Below, one piece after another: positions 27,497-36,720 of a stretch of DNA of 59,465 bases. Under the pieces are notes generated by a model. That model made no database searches. It saw only the letters and a list, made by a program, of their open reading frames with translations, and was not told where the DNA came from. Numbering within the stretch: position 1 is the first letter of the stretch; every line of letters starts with the position of its first letter. This stretch comes from Clostridia bacterium (GTDB taxonomy: Bacteria > Bacillota > Clostridia > Oscillospirales > CAG-272). Position numbers and translations under genes: made by a program. The DNA lies in assembly GCA_017416205.1 (NCBI GenBank), contig JAFQDC010000093.1:1-59465 (forward strand), read 5' to 3'.

Positions 27497-29812
27497 TTAC
27501 TCTGCCTCTTTTCCGAGAAGAGCGACAACAGATGCTCTGCGGCTTCCGCCGGGGAAGAAGTAGTATGCAGGATTCTGACGGTCAAGATCGATGTTTTCAG
27601 GTCTGTTCTGGTCATACTCAGTATAAGAGCTTGTAGTCATACCGGTGCTCTTATAGTAAGAATAGAACGCATCGAATCTTTCCTGATATTCGGCTCTCTC
27701 TTCATCTGTGCCGTTTGCGTAGTTATCAAGGTAAGTAGCGCCAAGGCCAAGGATCTCGAAGCAGTAGAAGAGATTGTCGAGCTTTCTTTCGCGATAGCCT
27801 GCATTTGTTGTATGAGATGCATCGTTTGCTTCGATAGCCGCAAGGAGAAGATCTCTCATCTCCTCGTAATTCTCGTTGATGTATGTGATGGAAACAAAGT
27901 CATACGCTCTGTCGTAGTTACCGATGAAGCAGTAAGGAACGTCGCCGCCGGTCTCAGTACCGCAGAGGTCGCCTGCCTCCTCGTACATCATAATAAACTC
28001 GTAGATATATTCATATCCGCGGCCGTATACCATGTAGAGGTAATCCTTGATAAGCTCGTTATACTCGTCAAGAGTAATGGATGTATCGAGCATCAGCTTG
28101 GAAGCAAGGTAAGCCTTCAGGTTCTCGAAGAGATATCCGCGTCCGCCGCTTCCCTCGTAGAACATACCGTCAACGCCGTGCTCGTTGAGCCAGATCATAT
28201 CGTAGTATATTGTATAGATATTGGGAATGTCGAAGAGATAGAAGAAATGGGTCTCAGGATAGTACCAGAACCAGATCTCAGCGCCTGTCTCTTTGCAAAG
28301 ACCGTCCCAGTTATCGATGATATCCTCAAACACATTGTTGTTGTGCTCAAAGAATGTGTTACCGATACAGTCACCGCTTCCGAGATGATGGTTTGCGCAG
28401 TTAAAGCCGGAAAGAACGATAACAAGATTCTCATCGGGAAGAACGTTTGTAGGCATTTCTCTTGTATAGATCCAGGTGAACACCTCAAGCCCGGGATAGT
28501 ACTCCTGAATATCATGTGTACCGCGGTTTGCAAGCTCAAGATATACGCCTGTGTATGTCTTTGTCTTTGCAGCGTTTCTGCAGTTACGGCAAGAGCACCA
28601 CTGATCGTTATCGTTTGCAGAGAAGGAATAACAGTTTGTATCATCCTGATACTTGATGGGATAGCCTCTTGCCTCGATCATTCTGATCGTATCAAGGAAG
28701 CCCTCGAAAAGAATATCGTAGTCCTTCTGAAGTGTTGCACAGGGCTCCCATTTTGTTTCGTCCTTTACCTCACCGGAATGGAGCTTTGCATAATATCTCT
28801 CCTCAAGAGTAAGTGTGCCGTCATCCGCAGGCATTGTACCTGTACCCATCTGCCAATAGTAAGCATAGGAGTGGATATTGTTGAAAACAGGACCTACGAA
28901 ATCACCGTAGTACTCAACGCTTCTCTTCTCGTTCTTGTAGTTATAGCTCTGAGCACCGTTAAGTCTTCTTGCGAGATATCCGCTCTCACGGTTGCCTGCG
29001 GGGAATGTAGACTTTGTATGTCTGAATCTGTAAGGGGGAATGAGAGTTCTGTCGGTACCCTCGGGAATATCTACGCTTCTCTGCTTATATACAAAGGTAT
29101 CGGAAGCTATAACGAATCCGTAGCCGAGATAGTCCTCGATGATCTCATATGCAGCATACATACAACCGCGGTGAGTACCGTAGATATGAAGGTTTCCGTC
29201 AACCACCTTATATGTATATCCCTCGTGACCGAGAGCCGCACCCTCTTCACTGTCATCGGAAAGAGTGTGGAGGTAGATACCGTATTCACCTGCCTCGCTT
29301 TCTCTTACGATATCAAGAGCAACGCCTGTAGAGTCCTTGATATACTCATAAAGAAGCTCTGTTGCGAAGTAGAGGTTTGAATCGTACACAGCATCCTCGG
29401 GAATTACGAGCGCAAACTCAGAAACGGAAACACCGCCGATAGTCAGACTGTAGATCTGATGGCCGTTTTCAAAATCCTTTGAGGACTTTGAGCCGGAAAG
29501 AATCGTCTTAAGTGAGTAAGAGTCCTTTGCGGAGCAGCTGCCGTCTGCATCAAAGTCGCAGGCATCAATGTTCAACTCATAGCCTGTAACACCTGCAACG
29601 GAAGCCTTTACGGAAAGAGAGTCCTTACCGTCAACGCCGCCGTCTCCGTTTGCGTCACCCATAACGTAGGTCTCGTCTCTCATAATATTCTGTGTGAGAG
29701 ACATATTATCCTCATCGAGGGTCTCGGGATTGTACTGAGCGCCGAATGCTTCTATAGCGAGAGCTGAGAAAAGCATATACGCACAAAGAATTAAGGAAAT
29801 CAGCTTTTTCAT
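27497..29812 (-). CDS. secreted dockerin-like + DUF4838-like protein, tandem paralogue
   Basis: Same architecture; GDANGDGGVDGKD / CDFDADGSCSAKD; HSY; WEPCAT; WCSCRNC; colinear with 25082..27394. Confidence 0.78.
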   Translation of the reverse strand: MKKLISLILCAYMLFSALAIEAFGAQYNPETLDEDNMSLTQNIMRDETYVMGDANGDGGVDGKDSLSVKASVAGVTGYELNIDACDFDADGSCSAKDSYSLKTILSGSKSSKDFENGHQIYSLTIGGVSVSEFALVIPEDAVYDSNLYFATELLYEYIKDSTGVALDIVRESEAGEYGIYLHTLSDDSEEGAALGHEGYTYKVVDGNLHIYGTHRGCMYAAYEIIEDYLGYGFVIASDTFVYKQRSVDIPEGTDRTLIPPYRFRHTKSTFPAGNRESGYLARRLNGAQSYNYKNEKRSVEYYGDFVGPVFNNIHSYAYYWQMGTGTMPADDGTLTLEERYYAKLHSGEVKDETKWEPCATLQKDYDILFEGFLDTIRMIEARGYPIKYQDDTNCYSFSANDNDQWCSCRNCRNAAKTKTYTGVYLELANRGTHDIQEYYPGLEVFTWIYTREMPTNVLPDENLVIVLSGFNCANHHLGSGDCIGNTFFEHNNNVFEDIIDNWDGLCKETGAEIWFWYYPETHFFYLFDIPNIYTIYYDMIWLNEHGVDGMFYEGSGGRGYLFENLKAYLASKLMLDTSITLDEYNELIKDYLYMVYGRGYEYIYEFIMMYEEAGDLCGTETGGDVPYCFIGNYDRAYDFVSITYINENYEEMRDLLLAAIEANDASHTTNAGYRERKLDNLFYCFEILGLGATYLDNYANGTDEERAEYQERFDAFYSYYKSTGMTTSSYTEYDQNRPENIDLDRQNPAYYFFPGGSRRASVVALLGKEAE

Positions 29813-29939
29813 TTTTCGATCCTTTCTTTATTTGAACGAAATTATAACTGTATGTATTAATTTTACCATATTATTTTTATATTTTCTATTGTAAAATCAT
29901 TCCATTATATGTTAAAATCATACATAAGAGGTGATGAGT

Positions 29940-30746
29940 ATGACTTATGAGGTATATTCCTCAGAAATGATGCCCCGAGTGTCCATAATAAGCCTTGGGT
30001 GTGCCAGGGACATAGACTCCACAAGAAGCGGTCCCTTGCGTAGAAATGTGTTTGTTGTCCATTACTGCATATCGGGTCACGGCTACTTTCTCGATAACCG
30101 CGTGGACGCAGGTCAGGGCTTTGTTTTTCTGCCGGGACAGATCGTTGAATATCACCCGTCAAAAAGTGATCCGTGGGCCTATTACTGGATAATAATTGAC
30201 ACGGACGAGCCCCAGTATTTTCTGAACATATTCAACCCCGACCCAAGCACCGGTATATTTTCATACAACTTTGTTGACATTGTGGAGGAGCAGTTCCGGA
30301 TCCTTGAAAGAAGCCGCAATTTCTACGTTTCCCCTGTAAACAGCCTTGCCGTATTTTTCGATTTTCTCAGAAGGCACGCCACAAACGAGACCGGCGCTAC
30401 CCGCGCCCGCGACTACGCAAAGGCCGCAAAAAACTATATAGATACAAATTACCATCTACACCCCTCCATATGCGAGCTTGCAAAGCAGCTGAACATCAGC
30501 CAGTCTTACCTCTACCGCGTTTTTTTTGAGGAATACGGAATATCTCCAAAAGAGTATCTGAACCGTTTCTGCCTTGAGCAGGCAAAAAGCCTGCTTCGTC
30601 ACAGCGACCTTAATGTTTCCCAAATCGCGGCATCGGTTGGCTACAACGACGTTCTTGCCTTTTCTTCCTTCTTTTCGAAAAAGCAGGGAAAAAGCCCGAC
30701 GGCATACAGAAAGGAAAAACTGCAGAAAGCGGAAAAAAATATGTAA
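29940..30746 (+). CDS. AraC-family transcriptional regulator
   Basis: Cupin-like N-domain (HYCISGHG, PWAYYW) and HTH SYLYRVF...SPKEY...IAASVGYND..FS.FF.K..G.SP..YR; divergent from the dockerin pair. Confidence 0.93.
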   Translation: MTYEVYSSEMMPRVSIISLGCARDIDSTRSGPLRRNVFVVHYCISGHGYFLDNRVDAGQGFVFLPGQIVEYHPSKSDPWAYYWIIIDTDEPQYFLNIFNPDPSTGIFSYNFVDIVEEQFRILERSRNFYVSPVNSLAVFFDFLRRHATNETGATRARDYAKAAKNYIDTNYHLHPSICELAKQLNISQSYLYRVFFEEYGISPKEYLNRFCLEQAKSLLRHSDLNVSQIAASVGYNDVLAFSSFFSKKQGKSPTAYRKEKLQKAEKNM

Positions 30747-30912
30747 AAAAAGTTCCAATAGCGCATCTGTTTTTACATTTCTTTCCCTGAAAGCCTCCGT
30801 TTTCCATTATCATAAAATGACGCTGCCGGCAAAAAATAATAAAAACTGTTGATTTTAGGATATATGAGTGATATAATCAAAACAGTAAAATATTGAAAGG
30901 AAGTATAAACCA

Positions 30913-31488
30913 ATGAACAATAAAGTACTTGTAGAAACAAGCGCACGTCACGTGCATCTTTCCGCTGAGCATATCGAGATCCTCTTCGGTGAGGGCGCAA
31001 CACTTACTCACAAGAAGGACCTGAGCCAGCCCGGCCAGTTCGCTTGCGAGGAGAGAGTTACTCTCGTAGGCCCCAAGAAGTCTATTGCTAACGTTATCAT
31101 CCTCGGACCTGCACGTCCCGCAACACAGGTTGAGGTTTCCTTTACAGATGCAAGAACTCTCGGCGTTTCCGCTCCCGTTCGTGAAAGCGGAGATGTTGCC
31201 GGCAGCGCTCCCTGCAAGATCGTAGGACCCTGCGGCGAGGTTGAGATCTCCGAGGGCGTTATCGTTGCTAAGCGTCACATCCACTTCACTCCCGAAGAGG
31301 CTGAGGCTGCAGGCGTAGCTGATAAGGAGATCGTTTCCGTTAAGATCGACAGCGCTGACAGAAGCACTGTATTCGGCGACGTTGTTGTTCGTGTTAGCCC
31401 TAAGTTTGCAGGCGCTATGCACATCGATACTGACGAGGCTAACGCTGCTTGCGCATTCGGTCTTTGCTACGGCGAGATCATTAAGTAA
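30913..31488 (+). CDS. pduL: phosphate propanoyltransferase (PduL)
   Basis: SARHVHLS, DLSQPGQFA, ILGPAR..TQVEVS.TDAR.LG, VAKRHIH, MHIDTDEANAA. Confidence 0.94.
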   Translation: MNNKVLVETSARHVHLSAEHIEILFGEGATLTHKKDLSQPGQFACEERVTLVGPKKSIANVIILGPARPATQVEVSFTDARTLGVSAPVRESGDVAGSAPCKIVGPCGEVEISEGVIVAKRHIHFTPEEAEAAGVADKEIVSVKIDSADRSTVFGDVVVRVSPKFAGAMHIDTDEANAACAFGLCYGEIIK

Positions 31489-31510
31489 TATTCGCATAAA
31501 AACTACATAA

Positions 31511-31547
31511 AATAAAGGAGCTATTGCAACGCAACAGCTCCTTTATT
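31511..31547 (+). terminator. intrinsic terminator after pduL
   Basis: AATAAAGGAGCT..AGCTCCTTTATT inverted repeat. Confidence 0.6.
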
Positions 31548-31565
31548 GATAAGAAAGGCGGCATC

Positions 31566-31749
31566 GCAGAAACTTTTTTGAAGAAAAGTTTCCGCACCTT
31601 CAAAAAACTTTATAAAAGGATTATCTTGTTTGAAGTTTTTTGGGAGTGCCCGCGGACATTGAGCTTGCTTTAATTGTTTGTGAGTGTGTCCGCTCTGCCT
31701 TCACGCCCCGCGCGAAGGCTTGAGTTTAACTTTTATTCACAAAAAAGTC
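31566..31749. repeat. REP-like family 2 doublet, second unit apparently interrupted
   Basis: 31566-31611 differs from the 24922 copy at one position; the inverted unit begins AAGTTTTTTGGGAGTGC (31633) and its hairpin part AACTTTTTATTCACAAAAAAGT appears about 80 nt later. Confidence 0.65.
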
Positions 31750-31770
31750 CTTTGCGTTATACTAATATAT

Positions 31771-32559
31771 ATGTTCAAATACAATTATCCCGTATGGCAA
31801 AGTGACGTTCTTAATATTGACGGTGTAGGCCACGCTTTTTCAACAAGGGAGGGCGGTATCAGCGAGATCCCTCATCTTGCATCTATGAACACAGGCTTTC
31901 TCAGAGGGGATGACGACGATACCGTTCGCGAGAATATCCGTCTTCTTTGCACCTTTGCCGGCATATCGGAAAATGTTATCGGAACACCTCAGATCCATTC
32001 CGCAGATATCAGGACCGTGGGAGCCGAAAACGTAGGCGAGGGAATAACCAAGGACGTTCCCTTCCCCTGCGACGGATTTGTGACAGACTGCGCGGGAATA
32101 TCTCTTATAGTGAGAGTTGCAGACTGTGCGCCCGTTCTCCTTTGCGGACAGAGGGAGGACGGCTCACCGGTGATCGGCGCCGTTCACGCAGGCTGGCGAG
32201 GAGCAGCCGCGGGCATTGCGCCAAAGGCTGCTAAAATGCTTTTTGATATGGGAGCAGTAAGAGTGTTTGCCGCAATCGGACCTTGTATAAAGCCCTGCTG
32301 CTATCAGGTAGGAGAGGACCTTTTCGAAAGTGTAAAGGACCTTCAGGGTGCAGACTTTGCTGCCCGCCACGTAAAGGAGCGGGACGGCTCTCTTTATGCC
32401 GATATTGCGGGGATAAGCTGTGAGCTTCTCCTTTCAGCCGGTGTTGAAAGGGTGGACGTTCTCTCAGAGTGCACCGCCTGTCACCCCGAGCTGTACCACT
32501 CCCACAGAGTGACAAAGGGTGTACGCGGCACCATGGGCGCGGTCATCGGAATAAAATGA
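31771..32559 (+). CDS. pgeF: YfiH/PgeF family (laccase-domain, purine nucleoside phosphorylase-like)
   Basis: HAFSTREGG.S, QIHS, DGFVT, ADCAPV, VHAGWRG, IGPCI..CCYQVG, CTAC..SHR. Confidence 0.92.
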   Translation: MFKYNYPVWQSDVLNIDGVGHAFSTREGGISEIPHLASMNTGFLRGDDDDTVRENIRLLCTFAGISENVIGTPQIHSADIRTVGAENVGEGITKDVPFPCDGFVTDCAGISLIVRVADCAPVLLCGQREDGSPVIGAVHAGWRGAAAGIAPKAAKMLFDMGAVRVFAAIGPCIKPCCYQVGEDLFESVKDLQGADFAARHVKERDGSLYADIAGISCELLLSAGVERVDVLSECTACHPELYHSHRVTKGVRGTMGAVIGIK

Positions 32560-32622
32560 ATAATGAAAAATGAAAAATTAAAAATGAAGAATTTTTGTTG
32601 AAATCCGCCTCGGGCGGATTTC
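32556..32622 (+). repeat. heptamer-array/hairpin element, copy C
   Basis: ATGAATA ATGAAAA ATGAAAA ATTAAAA ATGAAGA + ATTTTTGTT + GAAATCCGCC-tcg-GGCGGATTTC; first heptamer supplies the pgeF stop. Confidence 0.75.
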
Positions 32623-32678
32623 TTCGTTTTTATTTACCTTTTAGATTACGGATTATGGGGAATATCGAATATTATTCT

Positions 32679-32754
32679 GTATGGCGGGGGTTTATCTCCC
32701 GCCGTATTATTAAATCATATCTATTGCATCGGCGGCAGCAAGCCACCGCCCTAC
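32679..32754. repeat. degenerate GTAG-type REP doublet
   Basis: GTATGGCGGGGGTTTATCTCCCGCCG ... CGGCGGCAGCAAGCCACCGCCCTAC. Confidence 0.6.
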
Positions 32755-32804
32755 AGTAATAGAATTTTATCCTACCCTCAACCCCAAATTTGCTAAAAAA
32801 AGCA

Positions 32805-32865
32805 GACTTCCGTCTCAAGACGGAAGTCCACCATAATTATTCATTATTCATTTTTAATTTTTCAT
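32805..32865 (-). repeat. heptamer-array/hairpin element, copy D
   Basis: Minus strand: ATGAAAA ATTAAAA ATGAATA ATGAATA + ATTATGGTG + GACTTCCGTCT-tg-AGACGGAAGTC. Confidence 0.75.
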
Positions 32866-32891
32866 TTGCAAAATTGCATCGCAATTTTGCA

Positions 32892-34892
32892 TTACACGTC
32901 CGCCTGAGCGGCGTACTGTGCGGCAAAGCGGGAAACAAATTCCTTTCTTTCAGCAAGGTTATCGCCCATAAGAACGTCCAAAATGCGTTCTGTCTCCGCG
33001 GCGTCTGCAGCAGTCACGCGGATAAGCCTTCGGGATGCAGGATTCATAGTTGTTTTCCACATCATTTCCGGTTCGTTCTCACCAAGTCCCTTTGAACGCT
33101 GAAGCACGTACTTCGTGTTCCCCAGCTTTTCGAGGATATCAGCCTTTTCCTGTTCGTTATAGGCAAAATAGGTATCATCCTTGGTAGTGATCTCAAAGAG
33201 GGGAGATTCTGCGATATACACCCGCCCTTCCTTGATAAGCGTTGGAAGCAATCTGTTAAACATCGTGAGAAGCGTTGTGCGGATATGAAATCCGTCCTCG
33301 TCTGCATCGGTACAGATTATTATCTTTGACCAGCGGAGAGAGTTTATATCAAAGGGCAAAAAATCTCCCTTTACCTTTGCCTTTATCTCAACGCCGCAGC
33401 CGATAACACGGAGAAGGTCTACAATGATATCACTCTTGAATATCTTTTCGTAGGTGCTCTTCTGGCAGTTAAGGGTCTTTCCGCGAACGGGAATGATAGC
33501 CTGAAACTCAGCGTCGCGGCCAAGCTTACAGGATGTCATAGCAGAGTCACCCTCTACGATATAGAGCTCACGCTTCTCGGGGTCCTTTGAGCGGCAGGGC
33601 ACGAACTTTTCAACACGGCTTGCAACGTCGGTGGAGGCGGTCAGTTTCTTTTTGATATTAAGACGGGTGGTCTCCGCAGTTTCGCGGCTACGCTTATTGA
33701 CAAGGACCTGAGAAATAAACTTATCTGTCTCAACAGGGTTTTCCGCAAAATATATCTCAAGCTGCTCCTTCATAAAGTCAGTCAGCGCCTGAGCTATAAA
33801 CGTATTTGTAATAGACTTCTTCGTCTGGTTTTCGTATGACGTCTGTGTGGAGAAGGAATTTGTAACAAGAACAAGGCAGTCCTCAATATCCGCAAAGGTT
33901 ATCTTTGACTCGTTCTTATTATATTTACCCGCCGCCTTCAGCTTCTTATCTACGGAATAGACAAAAGCGTTCTTCACAGCTCTCTCGGGAGAGCCGCCGT
34001 GCTCAAGAAAGCTTGAGTTATGGTAATACTCGAGAACGTTCACCGTATTGGATACACAGAAGGACACCTCTGCCATAAGCTTATATTCAGGCTTATCCTC
34101 ACGGTCGCGGCCAACAGTCTCGCCCATTTTCCATAGGACAGGCTGAGTCATTGCAGTCTCACCTGCAAGGCGGGCAACGTAATCGGAAATGCCGTTGGGA
34201 TAAAGAAATTCCTGCTCATAAAAGCTTCCGTCAGCGTTCTCATATTTAAGCATAAACCTGAGACCTGCGTTTACCACAGCCTGCTTTTCAAGAACGTCGC
34301 AGAAATACTCTCTCGGAATATTAATAGCGGTAAACACCTCAAGGTCGGGGCGCCAATAGGTAACAGTACCTGTTCTGCGCTCCTTTTTGTCGAGAGGACG
34401 AACCTCCAGCTCACTTACGGGAGAGCCCTTTTTGAAGGACATATGAGATTCCTGCTCTCCGTTAAAGGAGAACACCTCAAAGAACTCCGATGAATACTGA
34501 GTCGCACAGGCACCGAGACCGTTAAGGCCAAGAGAGAACTCATAAGCTCCGCCGCCCTGATTGTTATTATACTTACCGCCTGCATAAAGCTCGCAGTAGA
34601 TAAGCTCCCAGTTATAGCACTTATACTTTTCGTTATATCCCATAGGAACGCCGCGGCCGCGGTCGTCCACCTCTATGGAATGGTCCTTATAATAGGTAAC
34701 GGTAATGGTGCTGCCGTATCCCTCGCGTGCCTCATCAACAGAGTTTGAAAGTATTTCAAAGAAGGAGTGCTCGCAGCCCTCGATACCGTCGGAGCCAAAA
34801 ATAACTCCCGGGCGCTTTCTTACTCGGTCGGCGCCTTCCAGCTTTTCTATGGACTGATCGTCGTACTGTTGCGTTTCTTTCTTTTTAGCCAT
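32892..34892 (-). CDS. type IIA DNA topoisomerase subunit B (GyrB/ParE family)
   Basis: VRKRPG, EILSNSVDEA, DDRGRGVP, GLNGLG, IVEGDSA, PVRGK, ICTDADEDGFHI, QRSKGLGE. Confidence 0.93.
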   Translation of the reverse strand: MAKKKETQQYDDQSIEKLEGADRVRKRPGVIFGSDGIEGCEHSFFEILSNSVDEAREGYGSTITVTYYKDHSIEVDDRGRGVPMGYNEKYKCYNWELIYCELYAGGKYNNNQGGGAYEFSLGLNGLGACATQYSSEFFEVFSFNGEQESHMSFKKGSPVSELEVRPLDKKERRTGTVTYWRPDLEVFTAINIPREYFCDVLEKQAVVNAGLRFMLKYENADGSFYEQEFLYPNGISDYVARLAGETAMTQPVLWKMGETVGRDREDKPEYKLMAEVSFCVSNTVNVLEYYHNSSFLEHGGSPERAVKNAFVYSVDKKLKAAGKYNKNESKITFADIEDCLVLVTNSFSTQTSYENQTKKSITNTFIAQALTDFMKEQLEIYFAENPVETDKFISQVLVNKRSRETAETTRLNIKKKLTASTDVASRVEKFVPCRSKDPEKRELYIVEGDSAMTSCKLGRDAEFQAIIPVRGKTLNCQKSTYEKIFKSDIIVDLLRVIGCGVEIKAKVKGDFLPFDINSLRWSKIIICTDADEDGFHIRTTLLTMFNRLLPTLIKEGRVYIAESPLFEITTKDDTYFAYNEQEKADILEKLGNTKYVLQRSKGLGENEPEMMWKTTMNPASRRLIRVTAADAAETERILDVLMGDNLAERKEFVSRFAAQYAAQADV

Positions 34893-34917
34893 TCTTTGTT
34901 TTTTCCTTTAATTTTAA

Positions 34918-35379
34918 TTACCAGGAGTATTTGGAAACGTTTCCGTCAGAATCAACGAGAAGATATCCGCAAAGAGAATATCTCTCCTGCTCTTCAATAT
35001 ACCAGGAAACACGGATCTTATAGTATTCTTTTCCGTTATCGGTCATCATTCCGTCATAAGAAAAAGCATACTTATAACCGATATCGGGATCTGTATCTCC
35101 AAGCCAGTTACGTGCGACGGTGAGAGCTTCATCAGAATTTGATACAACACCACCCTTTGTCGTATCACCCTCTGTTATATCAGCGGCGGTAGTGTCATTA
35201 TCTTCCTTCTTTGTTGTATCGTCAGCGGGGGGCGCTGTTACGTCTTCAAATCCGTCGGGACTCGTTACAGGGATAGTCGTATCGGAAGTTGTGTCACCGT
35301 TTGACACAATTTTGGGGGTACACGCACAAAGGAGCGCCGCAAGCGCAAGGAGCATAGCAATAATACTGATCTTTTTCAT
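34918..35379 (-). CDS. hypothetical lipoprotein with Thr/Asp-rich linker
   Basis: Lipobox LCAC, low-complexity T/D linker, compact C-terminal domain. Confidence 0.7.
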   Translation of the reverse strand: MKKISIIAMLLALAALLCACTPKIVSNGDTTSDTTIPVTSPDGFEDVTAPPADDTTKKEDNDTTAADITEGDTTKGGVVSNSDEALTVARNWLGDTDPDIGYKYAFSYDGMMTDNGKEYYKIRVSWYIEEQERYSLCGYLLVDSDGNVSKYSW

Positions 35380-35403
35380 AGTACTATTTCCTTTTCAATA
35401 TTC

Positions 35404-36699
35404 TTATTTTCTCTGATTTGCAAGACCCTTATTGAGCTTTGCAAGGTCAGCTGATGTTGTAAGGCTTTCCATATTGTATATGAGAAGCACGTCCTCTATA
35501 CCCTTTTCAAGGCAAAGACCGATAGTATCGGGAGCGCTTGTACGAAGGTCGAGAAGGATAAGGTTAAAGTGACGGGCAAGGAAGGGAGCAAGACTGTCTG
35601 AGAAGGAATCGCGGAGAAGGACTATGGTCTCGCGCTCCTTGCCATCTGTTTCCATTGTTACTTCAACGTAGCTGTTGTTGTTTCCGCCGAGGAAGGATGC
35701 GTATTTATCCTTTCCATCGAGCATCTCACGAACATAGCAGCCCTTGAAAACTGCGTATGTCTTGCCGTTTTCCTTAATATACTCACAATCCTCATACTTA
35801 TATGCGGGATTTTCTATTCTGAGAGTAAGATTCTCATCGCCCTCCCAACGGAAGTACTCGATAGAATCGGGATCGGTCCACTTAACTCCGGCGCTTGACC
35901 AGGTGGTTCCGAAGAATTCCTCGCTTGCAACCTCGATATCGAAATCGGAAAGCTTATAGGGAGTGATGCCCATAGACTCTGCGATCTCGCAGTATGCGTA
36001 ATATGCACCGAGGCTTCTCCAGTGGTGGTCGGTCATATAATAAAGCTCCTCGCCCTCTGCCTCGATCTCTGAAAGAGCGGCACGAAGGTCGATATAATCA
36101 ATACCCTCCTCCTTGCACTTTTCGCTGAGGATATTGAAGATTCGGTCGGAATAATAGGAGCCGTAAAGCTCGGGGAGCTTTTCGGTTGCAACGTCCATCT
36201 TTCTGCCTGCAAAAGCTGTAGTGCAGTTAAGCCCGTTTGCCTCTGCGATCTCAATAAACTTAGCGGCAGAGGAAAGGTTAGTATCAAGAGTGCCCTCATC
36301 GGGATAGTCGAAGCGGGCGATAAGATAATCGTCCTTACCTACGATGATATCGTTATTCTGTCCCTTAAGCTGAACTGTTTCTGAAAGTCCCTTAAGACCT
36401 ACGAAAAAGTTTCTGCAGGGGAACTGGTCTGCCATATAAGTGCCAACGTCCTCTGTAAAGCCGCCGTGGAGGAAACCGTCAAGGGTAAACTCAGGGAAGG
36501 TGGCAAGAACGCGGTTTTCATCTACGGATTTTTCCTTATCGGGAAGCACCCAGAAGAGGATAGCAAAGGAGAAAATGAATCCGAGAGTCAGGATAGTAAC
36601 AAGCCAGTTTTCAAAGCGGCTCTCCTTGGAACGGGAAAGCTGAAGCTCCATATATTCAGCGGAAATATCGTCTGCTGATTTGATCTTTTCTTTAGCCAT
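35404..36699 (-). CDS. DHHW-family (AlgJ/AlgX-like) O-acyltransferase
   Basis: N-terminal TM, ENR.LA.FP, DQFP.R, YYMTDHHW...GAY.AY, RDSF. Confidence 0.88.
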   Translation of the reverse strand: MAKEKIKSADDISAEYMELQLSRSKESRFENWLVTILTLGFIFSFAILFWVLPDKEKSVDENRVLATFPEFTLDGFLHGGFTEDVGTYMADQFPCRNFFVGLKGLSETVQLKGQNNDIIVGKDDYLIARFDYPDEGTLDTNLSSAAKFIEIAEANGLNCTTAFAGRKMDVATEKLPELYGSYYSDRIFNILSEKCKEEGIDYIDLRAALSEIEAEGEELYYMTDHHWRSLGAYYAYCEIAESMGITPYKLSDFDIEVASEEFFGTTWSSAGVKWTDPDSIEYFRWEGDENLTLRIENPAYKYEDCEYIKENGKTYAVFKGCYVREMLDGKDKYASFLGGNNNSYVEVTMETDGKERETIVLLRDSFSDSLAPFLARHFNLILLDLRTSAPDTIGLCLEKGIEDVLLIYNMESLTTSADLAKLNKGLANQRK

Positions 36700-36720
36700 T
36701 TTACATTTTTCTCCTTTCGG

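Noticed and set aside
27812-29380. 522-aa plus-strand ORF
   Set aside because: Antisense to the dockerin protein; the paralogue's antisense frame is interrupted
25082-29812. Paralogue pair as a DGR template/variable repeat
   Set aside because: Differences are spread throughout and not adenine-specific; no reverse transcriptase seen
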